From contig NC_043015.1 of assembly GCF_006345805.1 (NCBI RefSeq), forward strand, positions 28,272,001 through 28,336,000: a stretch of DNA of 64,000 nucleotides. The letters are read 5' to 3'. The notes below the pieces were generated by a model that made no database searches, was not told the DNA's origin, and worked only from the letters and a program-made list of their open reading frames with translations. The position numbers were made by a program, and so were the translations under genes. This DNA is from Octopus sinensis (taxonomy: Eukaryota). How positions within the stretch are numbered: the first letter of the stretch is position 1; every line of letters begins with the position of its first letter. Shown here in pieces: positions 49,376 to 62,009 of this stretch.

Positions 49376-49820
49376 CCTATCTATCTATCTATCTACCTAT
49401 CTATCTATCTATCAATCTATCTATCTACCTATCTATCTATTATCTATCTATCCATCCTTCTTTCTCTCTCTCTCTCTCTATCTATCCATCCATCCATACC
49501 TCTTTCTCTCTCTCTCCATCCATCCCTCTTTCTTTCTCTCTCTCTCTCTCTATCTATCCAGCCATCCATAGCTCTTTCTCTCTCTCTCTCTATCTATCTA
49601 TCCATCCATCCCTCTTTCTCTCCCTCCCCCCTCTCTCTCTATCTATCCATCCATCCATCCCTCTTTCTCTCTCTATCTATCTATCCCTCCCTCCCTCTTT
49701 CTCTCTCTCTCTCTCTCTCTATCTATCCATCCATCATCTATCTATCTATCTATCCATCCATCCATCCACCCATCACTCTTTCTCTCTCTCTATCTATCTA
49801 TCTATCTATCTATCTATTTA
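49200..49820. repeat. (CTAT)n/(CT)n/(CCAT)n compound microsatellite
   Basis: Direct reading; accounts for the two 208-aa LSIY ORFs. Confidence 0.95.
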
Positions 49821-50169
49821 AATAAATAAATAATCACACACACACACACTCCTATCGATGCAATGGAATTACAGATGCTTCCCCTTTTTTTTCTTTCACT
49901 CTCACACTCAGCCAGATTCTTTCGCATCTGTCTAAAACCCTTTCTTTCTGAATTCCTTCTTCTCTCTCTCTCTCTCTCTCCCTTTAAATCCGCCGTTTCG
50001 AGTTTTACCTCGATTTTTCCTTTCCCATTCTGGCAAATTACTTCTTTGTTTCTTTCTCCCTCTCATATTTCCTCACGCCATAATTTCCCCCCCTCCTTTC
50101 TCTTTCCCTCTTCCTACTTCGCTCTCTAACCACTACTCTTTCTTCCAACCTCTCGTTCTTCTCTTCATG

Positions 50170-50720
50170 TTTCTCTTTCTCTTTCACGATATACACTCCA
50201 GTCTCGCTATCACTCTATCTTCATCCCCCTCTCTCTCTCTCTTCAAAAAAAGCTTTCCCTCTACCTCTTCCTCTTTTACATAGTAGTCCGCCCTTTCCTT
50301 CTCCCCCCTCACCCTCGTACAACCACAACCATTACACGCGCACGTTACCCTTTCTCCCTCCCTCTCTCTCTCTTATCTTCTCTGTCTATCTCTTTCGTTC
50401 TCTCCCTCCCTCTCTCTTATCTTCTCTGTCTATCTATTTCTTTCTCTGTCTCTCTCTCTCTGTTTCTCTTTCTCTTTCACGACACACTCCAGTCTCGCTA
50501 TCACTCTATCTTCACCCCCCTCTCTCTCTCTTCAGAAAAAAAGCTTTCCCTCTACCTCTTCCTCTTTTACATAGTAGTCCGCTCTTTTCCTTCTCTCCCC
50601 CTCACCCTCGTACAACCACAACCATTACACGCGCACATTACCCTTTCTCCCTCTCCCTCTCCCTCTCTCTCTCGCTCTCTTATCTTCTCTGTCTATCTCT
50701 TTCGTTCTCTCTGTGTTTCT
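50170..50720. repeat. Direct tandem duplication, period about 292 bp
   Basis: cactccagtctcgctatcactctatcttc...cattacacgcgcac occurs at about 50195 and 50485. Confidence 0.9.
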
Positions 50721-50741
50721 CTCTCTGTTTCTCTCTTTGTC

Positions 50742-50861
50742 AGTCACTCAAACAACATTGTCTGATCATTCCATTGTCGTTGGACGACGCGACGAATGCG
50801 ACTGCTTTCCGTTCCGATTTGGAGAAATTTTCCTGTGTATTTGTCAGTTTGAGACGTCAAG
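50742..50861 (+). other. Candidate non-coding first or internal exon
   Basis: TCAGTC Inr overlapping the acceptor-like ctctttgtcag at 50743; CpG-rich; donor CAAG|GTGAGG at 50862. Confidence 0.4.
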
Positions 50862-51009
50862 GTGAGGAGAAAAAAAAAGGTTTCGGTCATATGACCAAGC
50901 ACATATATACACACATATATACACATGCATATCCACATCGGCGTGCTTACCTTACCAACCTGACCGATCACTTGGTTTTACAACAAACACTTAGATAAAG
51001 CTAATTACA

Positions 51010-51025
51010 TCTATCTGTCTCTCTG

Positions 51026-51078
<53 letters not shown>

Positions 51079-51440
51079 GTATGTATGTATGTATGTATGT
51101 ATGTATGTATGTATGTATGTATGTATGTATGTATGTATGTATGTATCATCTATCTATCTATCTATGCCTGTATGTATGTATGTATGTATGTATGTATGTA
51201 TGTATCTATCTATCTATCTATCTATTCATCTATGTATGTATGTGTATGTATGTATCTATCTATATCTCTATGTATGTATGTATGTCTATCTATCTATCTA
51301 TATCTCTGTATGTATGTATGTATGTATGTATGTGTATGTGTGTGTGTATGTATGTATGTATCTATCTATCTATATCTGTATGTATGTATGTATGTATGTA
51401 TGTATCTATCTATCTATCTATCTATCTATCCATCTGTGTG
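51010..51440. repeat. (CTAT)n/(GTAT)n compound microsatellite
   Basis: Direct reading. Confidence 0.95.
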
Positions 51441-52195
51441 TACTTGTATATATTTATTGCTTGCTCTCTTTAACATTACAAGGTGCAGAACCCATATCAA
51501 AAAACCAAAAAAATGCTAGTTTATCAGGTTACACACTACTATAACAATTAATTAATAATTAATAATAATAATAACAGTAATAAACCTCTTTGCATTTGCG
51601 AAGATATTTAACAGTTCCCATTCATTCCTTTTTATCTTTCTCTCTATTAGTTAAGTCCTAACCGATGTACATATGATCTGTTTTATTAACTTGTATTTTA
51701 TTCACCATTAAACAATTATAGGACATGAGGAAGAAGGTAAAAAATATGAGAATAATTTCCATTTTAAACCTAACAACAGCAGCCAAATCACTTTTTTTAC
51801 CCTTATTTATTCACATATTTCAGATCGTACATGGTTGGATTATTACATCTGATCATGACATTAATCTTTTATTATATTTCACGACATGTATGTTTGTAAT
51901 TTTTTCTATGCACCACTAACATTATTATATAGTGTAATCAATACATGCTTGGGAAGGAAGTGTATATGCGTAGAAATAATTAACGAATGTGTGTATGTGT
52001 GTCTGTGTGTATTCAGCTTTTATAAAATTAAACTTTCATCTTGTACTCTCTCTCTTAATTTTAATTTTCTTAAACTCATTATAGGTCAGTGCCAATATAT
52101 TTAACCTTAATTGATTAAAAAAATTAAATACGTATGCGCGTAATTATGTATTGAGGAAGTGTTTGGCAATGAAAGTAAGCATGTGTATGGGATTC

Positions 52196-52910
52196 GAGGT
52201 CGACTTTGCCTTTCATCCTTTCGGGGTCGATAAATTAAGTACCAGTTACGCACTGGGGGTCGATGTAATCGACACTTAATCCCTTTGTCTGTCCTTGTTT
52301 GTCCCCTATGTGTTTAGCCCCTTGTGGGTAGTAAAGAAATAGGTATTTTATCTGTCGTTACGTTCTGAGTTCAAATTCCGTCGAGGTCGACTTTGTCTTT
52401 AATCCTGTCGGGGTCGATTAAATAAGTACCAGTTACGCACTGGGGGTCGATGTAATCGACTTAATCCCTTTTGTCTGTCCTTGTTTGTCCCCTCTGTGTT
52501 TAGCCCCTTGTGGGTAGTAAAGAAATAGGTATTGCGTCTGTCGCTACATTCTGAGTTCAAATTCCACCGAGGTCGACTTTGCCTTTCATCTTTTCGGGGT
52601 CGATAAATTAAGTACCAGTTACGCACTGGGGGTCGATGTAATCGACACTTAATCCCTTTGTCTGTCCTTGTTTGTCCCCCTCTGTGTTTAGCCCCTTGTG
52701 GGTAGTAAAGAAATAGGTATTGCGTCTGTCGTTACGTTCTGAGTTCAAATTCCGTCGAGGTCGACTTTGCCTTTCATCCTTTCAGGGTCGATAAATTAAG
52801 TACCAGTTACGCACTGGGGGTCGATGTAATCGACACTTAATCCCTTTGTCTGTCCTTGTTTGTCCCCCTCTGTGTTTAGCCCCTTGTGGGTAATACAGAA
52901 ATAGGTATTG
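52196..52910 (+). mobile_element. Headless SINE-B tandem array, 4 units (about 186-188 bp)
   Basis: Unit boundaries at aaatag|gtatt near 52342, 52528, 52716 and 52904. Confidence 0.9.
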
Positions 52911-53492
52911 GTATGAAGAAATGCAACTTCATCGAAGGAGTGTGAAACAGAAATGAAAATTGGTGGAAACCGTAAAAATTATTTCCAACATGCTTCAAAC
53001 ATATCTAAAATTCGCTGATACAGAGCTTCTCAAATTGAATTATATTAAATAACTGACATTATCGGCAAGATCAGTCTCCAACCATCATCCACACCCACAC
53101 ATACACACAGATATTCAGTAAGAATGAAGTGATTAATTAATTTATCGATAAATAACATGGTTTTCCCGTAGAGTAGACCACACTTTAATGAATATAAAAT
53201 CCATCTTCATAATTTCGTTCATCCTTTTTTTCTTCTCTTCTTCTCCATCTCTCTCTCTTTCATAACATACATGCACACTTATAGATCATTGACCCCTCTC
53301 GTTTTTAATGCCTTAATAGCCCTCCTTCCTTTCATTACTGTTTTAGTATTATATATATTTTCTATTCAGTGAGGTTATAATTAGTTAAAGCAAAAGTGCA
53401 TGGAGAGGAGGAGATATTAACAGTCATGTCGCATTTAAATTTAAATATAAAAGCTATCTTATCTTTTGATGAGGCGCGTAATGAAAAGTCTA

Positions 53493-53526
<34 letters not shown>

Positions 53527-55397
53527 GCTATATATATATATATATATATACTTATATTGTAGTTATATAGAATTCATGCAGTTATGTATATATTTATGTA
53601 TGTGTGTGTATATAGCTATATGTATACTTATATTGTAGTTATATAGAATTTATGCAATTATGCATATATATATATATGTGTGTACGTGTGTGTATATGTA
53701 TGTACGTATGTATGTATGTATGTATGATGTATGTATGTATGATGTATGATGTATGTATGTATGTATGATGTATTTATGTATTATGTATGTACGTATGTAT
53801 GTTTGGTTTGTAAGTAGATACCTTAAGCTCTATGACTAATCAAAGCTGTACAGCTAAAATATATAATATAATGTAATATAATATAATATAATATAATATA
53901 ATATTTATACATCATGAGATGTTACATCCCTGTTGTAGCTGTTATTTCTTTTTTTTTCCTCGGCTGTTGAGCCTAAACAACATCCGACTGGTGATTGCTT
54001 GATTGCATCACCCTTTTCTTCCTATGTCTCCCGCCCGCATCACCATATAACCATGGTAGCCGAAACTAACACAACCTACACTACTAGTAACCTAACTAAG
54101 CCAAATTGTACATGTACTTTCTCTTTTATTCTATAGCAACAAAAAAAAAACGTGACTTCGCCAAGTTGAATGTCTTTTTATTTACTTTAATGGTTTTCAT
54201 TATTGTTTAACCTCGAATCTGTGTCCAAAAAAAACGGGGCAGATCTAAGGCACTGTGATCTAAGGCACTACAGCCATCATCACCGGCTGTTTAGGGATAT
54301 ATTCCAAGATTATCTGGAATTTTTTCCATGTTTAAGACCGATCAGATGTGAGATTTGAACAAGATTTAAGCTGATATTTCTAGCAGTTCTTGCTACCACA
54401 TAGAAGAAGCTCTCTCGCTGTCTCGTAAAAGTAGAAAGCGTTGCAATGCGAAAATTAAATGTACCGATCGGAAAAGGGCGGGTACTTGAAAAAAAAAGAC
54501 CCCTCCATTTTTCCCCCTTATATTTCTCTATTTGATCAAATTACCCACCTTCGCTTTATAATAGATTTCCCCCCATGTACATATGGGTCGCAGTGAATAG
54601 CAAACGTAATTTATTTGAAAAAACCCATATCATGTATATATATTATGCGTGTGTGGAGGAGACCTCGAGTATAGTTTATCTCCCCGTTTATACACACGTG
54701 TAAAATACGCATGTATGTATAATATACGTATGACCGTTTTAATGTGTGGGTTGATAAAATACACACCCACACGTTTATGTGTGAGTGTGTAATTGATTGT
54801 ACACGACTTGTGAGTCTGTGTAATAGTCTATACTTTAGGGGTTAATGTCTGTTAATCTACTTCAAGTGTAATCCTTGGTTGTAAAAATACATCGTTTCAA
54901 GAATCCTGATTTTTATGGCTGAAGAATTTTTGTAAAGAAATAAATGTACGTGTAACGTTATATATATGACTATATATATATATATATATGTACATACATA
55001 CAAATATATATAATATATATATTATATATATATATATATTATATATATATATATAATATATATATTATATGTATAGGCATACCTACACAATTGTGCCCCG
55101 CCTCGCTTTCTTTCCCTCATAACATCCAGAAAGGTGGATTTTTATTGAAATTTGCTACAAATATGCTTTAGATGTTGTACATTTCGATTGCATGGGAATT
55201 TGTTATGAAAAAAAAGGACTTTTCCTAAAGGTTGAGAGACGAGTTTCGGAAATTTCACACTAGTTGGTTTTGTTACCAGATGTTACTGTTACATATAATA
55301 TATATATATTCAAAATTTTTGCACTATTACTATTCCATGTTTTCAAATATTTTCTATCCCTTAAGGTGGTTATTTAAACCTCATATATCTATGTATA

Positions 55398-55562
55398 CAT
55401 ATTTTAAAATAGAAACTTACCCTCTAACAGGTAATTTTTACATGTTAGAAATAGCAGCCAACACGGCCAAAACCACAATTTAACAGCAAATTGGTTGGTT
55501 GCCTGCTATTTCTAGCATGTAAAAATTACCTGTTAGAGGGTAATTTTCTATTTTAAAATATG
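55398..55562. repeat. Inverted repeat, about 60-bp arms, 45-nt loop
   Basis: catattttaaaatagaaa...gaaatagcag / ctgctatttc...ttttaaaatatg. Confidence 0.85.
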
Positions 55563-55680
55563 AATGTGTTGTCTATTGACTATTTATACATGCTAGGCCA
55601 CTGGTGGTGATATTTATAACGAATATTCGCCACCCTATAGATGTATCTCATATATATATATATATATAATATATATATAT

Positions 55681-55975
55681 ATACTAAGTAATTAAGGGTT
55701 TAGCAACGATTTGCCTCACCACACACCGAATTTAGAAATAGCAGTCAAAGAGTTTTGGCCATTCTTTCTACTAAAAAGGGATTTTTAAGTAGAAAGAATG
55801 GCCAAAACTCTTTGACTGCTATTTCTAAATTCGGTGTGTGGTGAGGCAAATCGTTGCTAAACCCTTAATTACTTAGTATTACTTAAACCTTCCTTGAATG
55901 GGGCTTTTACATGCCGAAATCTACTTGGTGAAATTAATGATTATTCCAAATTAATTAATTTCACCCTATATTATT
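55681..55975. mobile_element. Asymmetric palindromic element: perfect 92-bp arms plus a 3' extension, inserted in (TA)n
   Basis: 55681-55772 is the exact reverse complement of 55788-55879; second copy at 37942. Confidence 0.85.
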
Positions 55976-55976
55976 A

Positions 55977-56052
<76 letters not shown>

Positions 56053-56415
56053 TGCGGCATTTATGTGTAATAATGCCCTCTATATAATATAAATATATTT
56101 ATATATATATATATATGGAAACTGGTTGAAATGAAAACGCAATAGTCGTTGTGTTTGTTTAATTGCATTCCAATTTCCCAGCCGTGATTTCTCTGATCAT
56201 ACGAAAATGAAATTTAAAAAAGGAAAAATAATAATTAGGAAGTAATGCCGAACCTTGATAATAAATTTTTTTTTTTGGTACTATTACTAAATCTTCCCTC
56301 TGTTTTTTTCTTTTTTTTTTGTTTTAAATGTTATTTCCACGTTTTCAAATAAATTCAATTAGATGGAGGGGGAGGAAAAAAAAATCAACCGTTTTTATTA
56401 CAAAAAAGTATTAAG

Positions 56416-56447
<32 letters not shown>

Positions 56448-56591
56448 CATGGCTTGTATTTTTTGCAGTCAATTAGCCGCGCTTTTACTTTCTCTCTTTC
56501 CCCAAAAAGTCCTTGATGGTTGGTTGTCGTGGTCGTGACGATGGTAGTATTTATATGTATGTAGTTGTGTGTGAGTGGTACTAGTAGTGTC

Positions 56592-56642
56592 AGTTAGTGT
56601 TTTTAGTTAAAATTTCTACTATAATATAATAATAATCGATCG
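56592..56642 (+). other. Candidate short alternative first exon
   Basis: TCAGTT Inr at 56590-56595; donor CG|GTAACG at 56643. Confidence 0.22.
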
Positions 56643-56884
56643 GTAACGTTAATAGAATTTCGTTTCGGTTCGGTTGGTTAGCGACTGGCATCGCAGCCAC
56701 ACCCATTCTTCTCTCTGTTCCTTCGTCTCTCTCTGTTCTGGTCCTTTTTTTAAATTTTTTTTATATATATATATACTATCGGTTTTCATACCCCGAATAA
56801 ATAAATAAATATCTACCCCAGATGTTGCCTGTGTGTAATTTATGCATGTAGGTGCCCGCGTGCGCGCGCGCGCGCGTGTGTATA

Positions 56885-57680
56885 TATATATATATATATG
56901 TGCATATGTGAGTATATATAATGTACTTGTATGTATGTATGTGTGTGTGTGTGTGTATGTGCATATGTGAGTATATATAATGTACTTGTATGTATGTATG
57001 TATGTATGTGTGTGTTGTGTGTGTGTGTATATGTGCATATGTGAGTATATATAATGTACTTGTATGTATGTATGTATGTTTGTGTGCGTGTATATATATG
57101 CGCATATGTGAGTATATATAATGTACTTGTATGTATGTATGTGTGTGTATATGTGCATATGTGAGTATATATAATGTACTTGTATGTATGTATGTATTTG
57201 TGTGTATATATATATATGTGCATATGTGAGTATATATAATGTACTTGTATGTATGTATGTATGTATGTGTATATATATATATATATGTGTGCATATGTGA
57301 GTATATATAATGTACTTGTATGTATGTGTGTGTGTGTGTGTGTATGTGCATATGTGAGTATATATAATATACTTGTATGTATGTATTTGTGTGTATATAT
57401 ATATATATATGCATATGTAAGTATATATAATGTACTTGTATGTATGTGTGTGTATATATATATATGTGTGCATATGTAAGTATATATAATGTACTTGTAT
57501 GTATGTGTGTGTATATATATATATATGTGCATATGTAAGTATATATAATGTACTTGTATGTATGTGTGTATATATATATATGTGCATATGTAAGTATATA
57601 TAATGTACTTGTATGCATGTATGTGTGTGTATATATATATATATATATATGCATATGTGAGTATATATAACGTACTTGTA
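56885..57680. repeat. Minisatellite, about 13 units of tgcatatgt(g/a)agtatatataatgtacttgtatg with variable microsatellite spacers
   Basis: Core recurs every 52-72 bp; accounts for the ~300-aa HTY-rich ORFs. Confidence 0.92.
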
Positions 57681-58382
57681 CGTATGTGTGTATTTGTGGT
57701 GGATAGTAGCATTACTATCGTTTCCATAATACGAAAGGGGGTTGATAGTACTTTATTTTTCTATATTGTTTTCAGTTGCAGCTGTTTGAATATTTCTGCG
57801 TATGTCGATGGCCATGTATATACATCGACACACTACACATTACACACACGGCTCTAACAGTTTATAGTGTGTAGTGTACTATATATCTTTAATGTATGCT
57901 TGCATCTCCATGAACCTTCTAGATACTACCACCGATTAAATAAAATAGCTAAGGCCTTGTAAGCAATGAATTACAACAATTATATCTTGCTTTCTACAAA
58001 GCTATTTATATATATCCTCTCTACCATGTCGATGGTATGTGCGCGTATATATCTATCTATATATCTATATATATATATATATATAATATAGGCTATCATT
58101 GGACATTTTTCACTGAGTGAATGCGTAAATGCTTCCCGTTCGTTTTCACAATTTCTAAATGACATGCTAATTGAATGCATGCCTAGAACTAACTGTTGCT
58201 TGCTTCCTCGGGGGTGAATGAAAATGGGTCGGGGATTTTTATTTAAACAAGAGAGACAATGTGCGACAGCGTGGACCCAACCGTGTGCCCTTCCCTCTCC
58301 TCTCCTTGTCTCTGAACCACCAACCCTTGTACGTTTCCCCCCTGTTAATTAACGTCGACGATGTGTCGTCGGCCCCTGTTAG

Positions 58383-58650
58383 ATAGAGGAGGTGGGTACA
58401 AGTGGAGAGAGAGAGAGAGAGGTTCCGAATAAATAGTATTGATGAACTTTAAGCCCCCTTTGTGGGTAATAAATAAAAGGAACACGTATTGATGAACTTC
58501 AAAGTCGACAGCTGGTGAAGTGAAGGGAATGTCCCCTTCATGCCAAGCTCTGTAATTAGCAACAATATGGCTGAAGGAAAACGCCACGGGAAAGCGTTTC
58601 AGCAATGCTAAATACAAATACGGTGGGTTTGCCTTGCGTATGTAACGGAG
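58383..58650 (+). other. Candidate exon ending at a strong donor, possibly with a short N-terminal ORF (MLNTNTVGLPCVCNG)
   Basis: GGAG|GTGAGT at 58651; non-repetitive, CpG-retaining; 5' boundary uncertain. Confidence 0.25.
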
Positions 58651-58879
58651 GTGAGTCGAAAAAACTTGGATCACCTGAGATAAATTAACGAAATAATTAT
58701 CACCATTGTCCATAAATTTCGTGGACAAGGTTAATCTTATTTGAGTTAACTCCCTTGTTTTTATTTAGATTTAAAATATTTTTGAGCACTCTTTGAGGGA
58801 ATTTCTGTCCATTAATTAATTACTTGCGTAATCTTAAGTCGTTCGAAGGTTTTCTACTCGTTGTTTTACATATGTGGTT

Positions 58880-59311
58880 GGATCTTTTCGGTTTGACCGG
58901 CAGTTTTTTAAAAATAATTTCCACGTAACTAAAAAATTTTAAACTTCGTATACTGGTAGAATGTGTTTTTTGAAACATCTTTTTCTCTTGGCTTTCTTGA
59001 GAAAATTCTATAGGTTTGTAAGATATTTGTTGTTTTTCTTTCTTCAATTTCTGCAATTTCAACCAATCAATGACGTCTATTGAGGTAAAAAACATTCTGT
59101 GCCGTATGAATATGTCCCTCGTTTAAAAAACAGATTGGGTTTATTTACATTTGTGAAGAAAAAAAAGATACCCTTCCCCCAACCCTAACCCTAACCAACC
59201 CTAACCCTAAAACAGATTGAAATGCAATAGATCGATACTAGGGTCATAATTATGGGTGACAATTTCATATGACTCTGCTAGAAAAAACTGCCGTTCAAAC
59301 CGAAAAGATCC
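58880..59311. mobile_element. Merlin-like MITE with internal telomeric-type repeats
   Basis: TIR GGATCTTTTCGGTTTGA(C/A)CGGCAGTTTTT; flanks atgtggtt / atgtggag (imperfect 8-bp TSD); (CCCTAA)n at 59181-59210. Confidence 0.7.
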
Positions 59312-59699
59312 ATGTGGAGACCTACGCATTTGTAAAATGTGTATCTTTTATCTCGTAATTGTTTCAGTTCATTTGCCTGCGGCCCTGCTGGGGCACTGCC
59401 TTGAAGGGTTTTAGTCGAACAAATCGATTCCAGGACTTATTTTTCTAAGCCCAGTACTTATTCTATTGGTCTGTTTCGCTAAGTTACGGGGAGGTAAACA
59501 TCGGTTGTCAAGCGGTGGTAGGGGACAAACACACATTTACACGACAGGCTTCTTTCAGTTTCCGCCTACCATCTCCACTCACAAGGCTTTGGTTGGCCTG
59601 AGGCTATAGTAGAAAACACTCGCCCAAGTTGTCATGCAGTGGGACTGAACCCAGAACCATTTGGTTGGGAAGTAAGCTTCTTACCACACTGCTATGCCT

Positions 59700-59741
<42 letters not shown>

Positions 59742-60466
59742 AAACACACTCACATAAAAATCTTGCTTCATCCATAGAAGAAATCAGTTATTGAAGCCGA
59801 GAGTGGGAGACCCTGCCAGATTTTAAATGCCTGACACTGTACGACAAGTGTCCTTGTGACTCCACTTGAAATTAAATCTCTCCTCTGTACACCTACGCAT
59901 TATATGCATATATATATAACTATATAATATATACGTGTATGTATATATATATATATATAGTTATTTTTTGGCATGTGCTTATTTGGTACAAAAAGAAAGA
60001 CCATCCCGAAATATAACAATGTTTCAATACTCAATTTCATATCAGGAATCTTTGGTGTGTGGTAAGTAGCTTGTTTACCAACCATATGGTTCTGGGTTCA
60101 GTCCTACTGCATGGCACTTTGGGCAAGTGTCTTCTACTATAGCCTTGGGCTGACCAAAGCCCTCTGAGTGGATTTGGTAGATGGAAACTGAAAGAAGCCC
60201 TTTATATATGTGTGTTTGTGTGTCTGTTTGTCCCTCCCCCACCATTGCTTGACAGCTGATGTTGGTGTGTTTACATCCCTGTAACTTAGCGGTTTGGCAA
60301 TATAAGCCAATCGAATAAGTACTAGGCTTACAAAGATTAAGTCCTGGGGGTCGATTTGTTCAATTTAAAGTGGTGCTCCAGTATGGCCACAGTCAAATGA
60401 CTGAAACAAATATAAGAATAAGCATGTACATTTATTTTGTAGCTAATTTTTGCTTAAAATATACAT

Positions 60467-60887
60467 AGGCGCAGGAGTGGCTGTGTGGTAAGTAGCTTGC
60501 TTACCAACTACATGGTTCTGGGTTCAGTCCCACTGCATGGCATCTTGGGCAAGTGTCTTCTGCTATAGCCCCGGGCCGACCAATGCCTTGTGAGTAGATT
60601 TGGTAGACGGAAACTGAAAGAAGCCTGTCGTATATATGTATATATATATATATATATATGAGTGTGTGTTTATGTGTCTGTGTTTATGTGTTTGTCCCCC
60701 TAGCATTGCTTGACAACCGATGCTGGTGTGTTTACGTCCCCGTCACTTAGCGTTTCGGCAAAAGAGACCGATAGAATAAGTACTGGGCTTACAAAGAATA
60801 AGTCCCGGGGTCGATTTGCTCGACTAAAGGCGGTGCTCCAGCATGGCCGCAGTCAAATGATTGAAACAAGTAAAAGAGTAAAAGAGT
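60467..60887 (+). mobile_element. SINE-A (subfamily 2), preceded by an older copy at 60053-60420
   Basis: SINE-A consensus. Confidence 0.92.
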
Positions 60888-60998
60888 ATGTCATATGTCT
60901 TCTGTTTTTCTATATGCTTAAAGTCTCATCTCTGCTGGGGTCAAGGTAGGACAACCATCATCCTGATGATAACTGCAGCTGTCCTCTTGTCTCTAGAC

Positions 60999-61218
60999 CA
61001 GTGCTTTTCAACCTTTTTGCTGGAGCGGAACCCCAAGGAAACATTCCACTGGTTCGAGGAACCCCTGTGCAATAATTTAATAGTTTTATGCACACATATC
61101 TGCACAGGAGAATTAAAAATTACTGTTGATTTTAGCATTTTTGTAACTTCTTGTGGAAGCCCTGGACTGTACTGGCGGAACCCTAAGGTTCCACGGAACC
61201 CCTGGTTGGAAACCACTG
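60999..61218 (-). mobile_element. hAT (Charlie-like) MITE, same family as 44411-44629
   Basis: Same TIRs; perfect 8-bp TSD CTCTAGAC. Confidence 0.9.
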
Positions 61219-61332
61219 CTCTAGACAATCATACTGTCGTTTCCTGAATGGCATGTTAGTCTTGGATAATACTTGATTCTTGAGATTATCTTCTTCACTT
61301 TCTTCTTATTCAGATCTGGTCACACTTGCCAT

Positions 61333-61728
61333 ACTCTTTTTTACTCTTTTACTTGTTTCAGTCATTTGATTGCGGCCATACTGGAGCACCGCCTTTAGTC
61401 GAGCAAATCGACCCCGGGACTTATTCTTTGTAAGCCCAGTACTTATTCTATCGGTCTCTTTTGCTGAACCGTAAGTGACGGGGACGTAAACACACCAGCA
61501 TCGATTGTCAAGCAATGCTAGGGGGACAAACACACACACACACACATATATATATACACATATACGACAGGCTTCTTTCAGTTTCCGTCTACCAAATCCA
61601 CTCACAAGGCATTGGTTGGCCCGGGGCTATAGCAGAAGACACTTGCCCAAGATGCCACGCAGTGGGACTGAACCCGGAACCATGTGGTTGGTTAGCAAGC
61701 TACTTACCACACAGTCACTCCTGCGCCT
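61333..61728 (-). mobile_element. SINE-A (subfamily 2)
   Basis: SINE-A consensus. Confidence 0.92.
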
Positions 61729-62009
61729 ATGAGAGAATTTACCTCGTATTTGCTCTGTCAGCTTTGGTATGGTTTCTATGGTTGGATGCTCCTCTTAAGC
61801 CGACCACTTTACAGAGTGCACTGAGGGCCACTGGCACTCGTGTGTTGCCAGGTAACTTGCAGGACAAGAACAAGAAAATGGAAAAGCTCTCTTGACTAAG
61901 GAGGTAGGAGTCGTATTTGAGAGGGTAGGGAGGAGATTTTATATCAGGGACAAGCAGAGGTGTCTCACTATGGAGAAGATACATAGCTACTCTATATTTA
62001 TAAAATGAA

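Noticed and set aside
49195-51544. 130-208 aa LSIY/MYVC ORFs
   Set aside because: Tetranucleotide microsatellite artefacts
56649-57727. Three ~300-aa ORFs (HTYIY-rich)
   Set aside because: Translations of a stop-free minisatellite strand; no protein-like complexity
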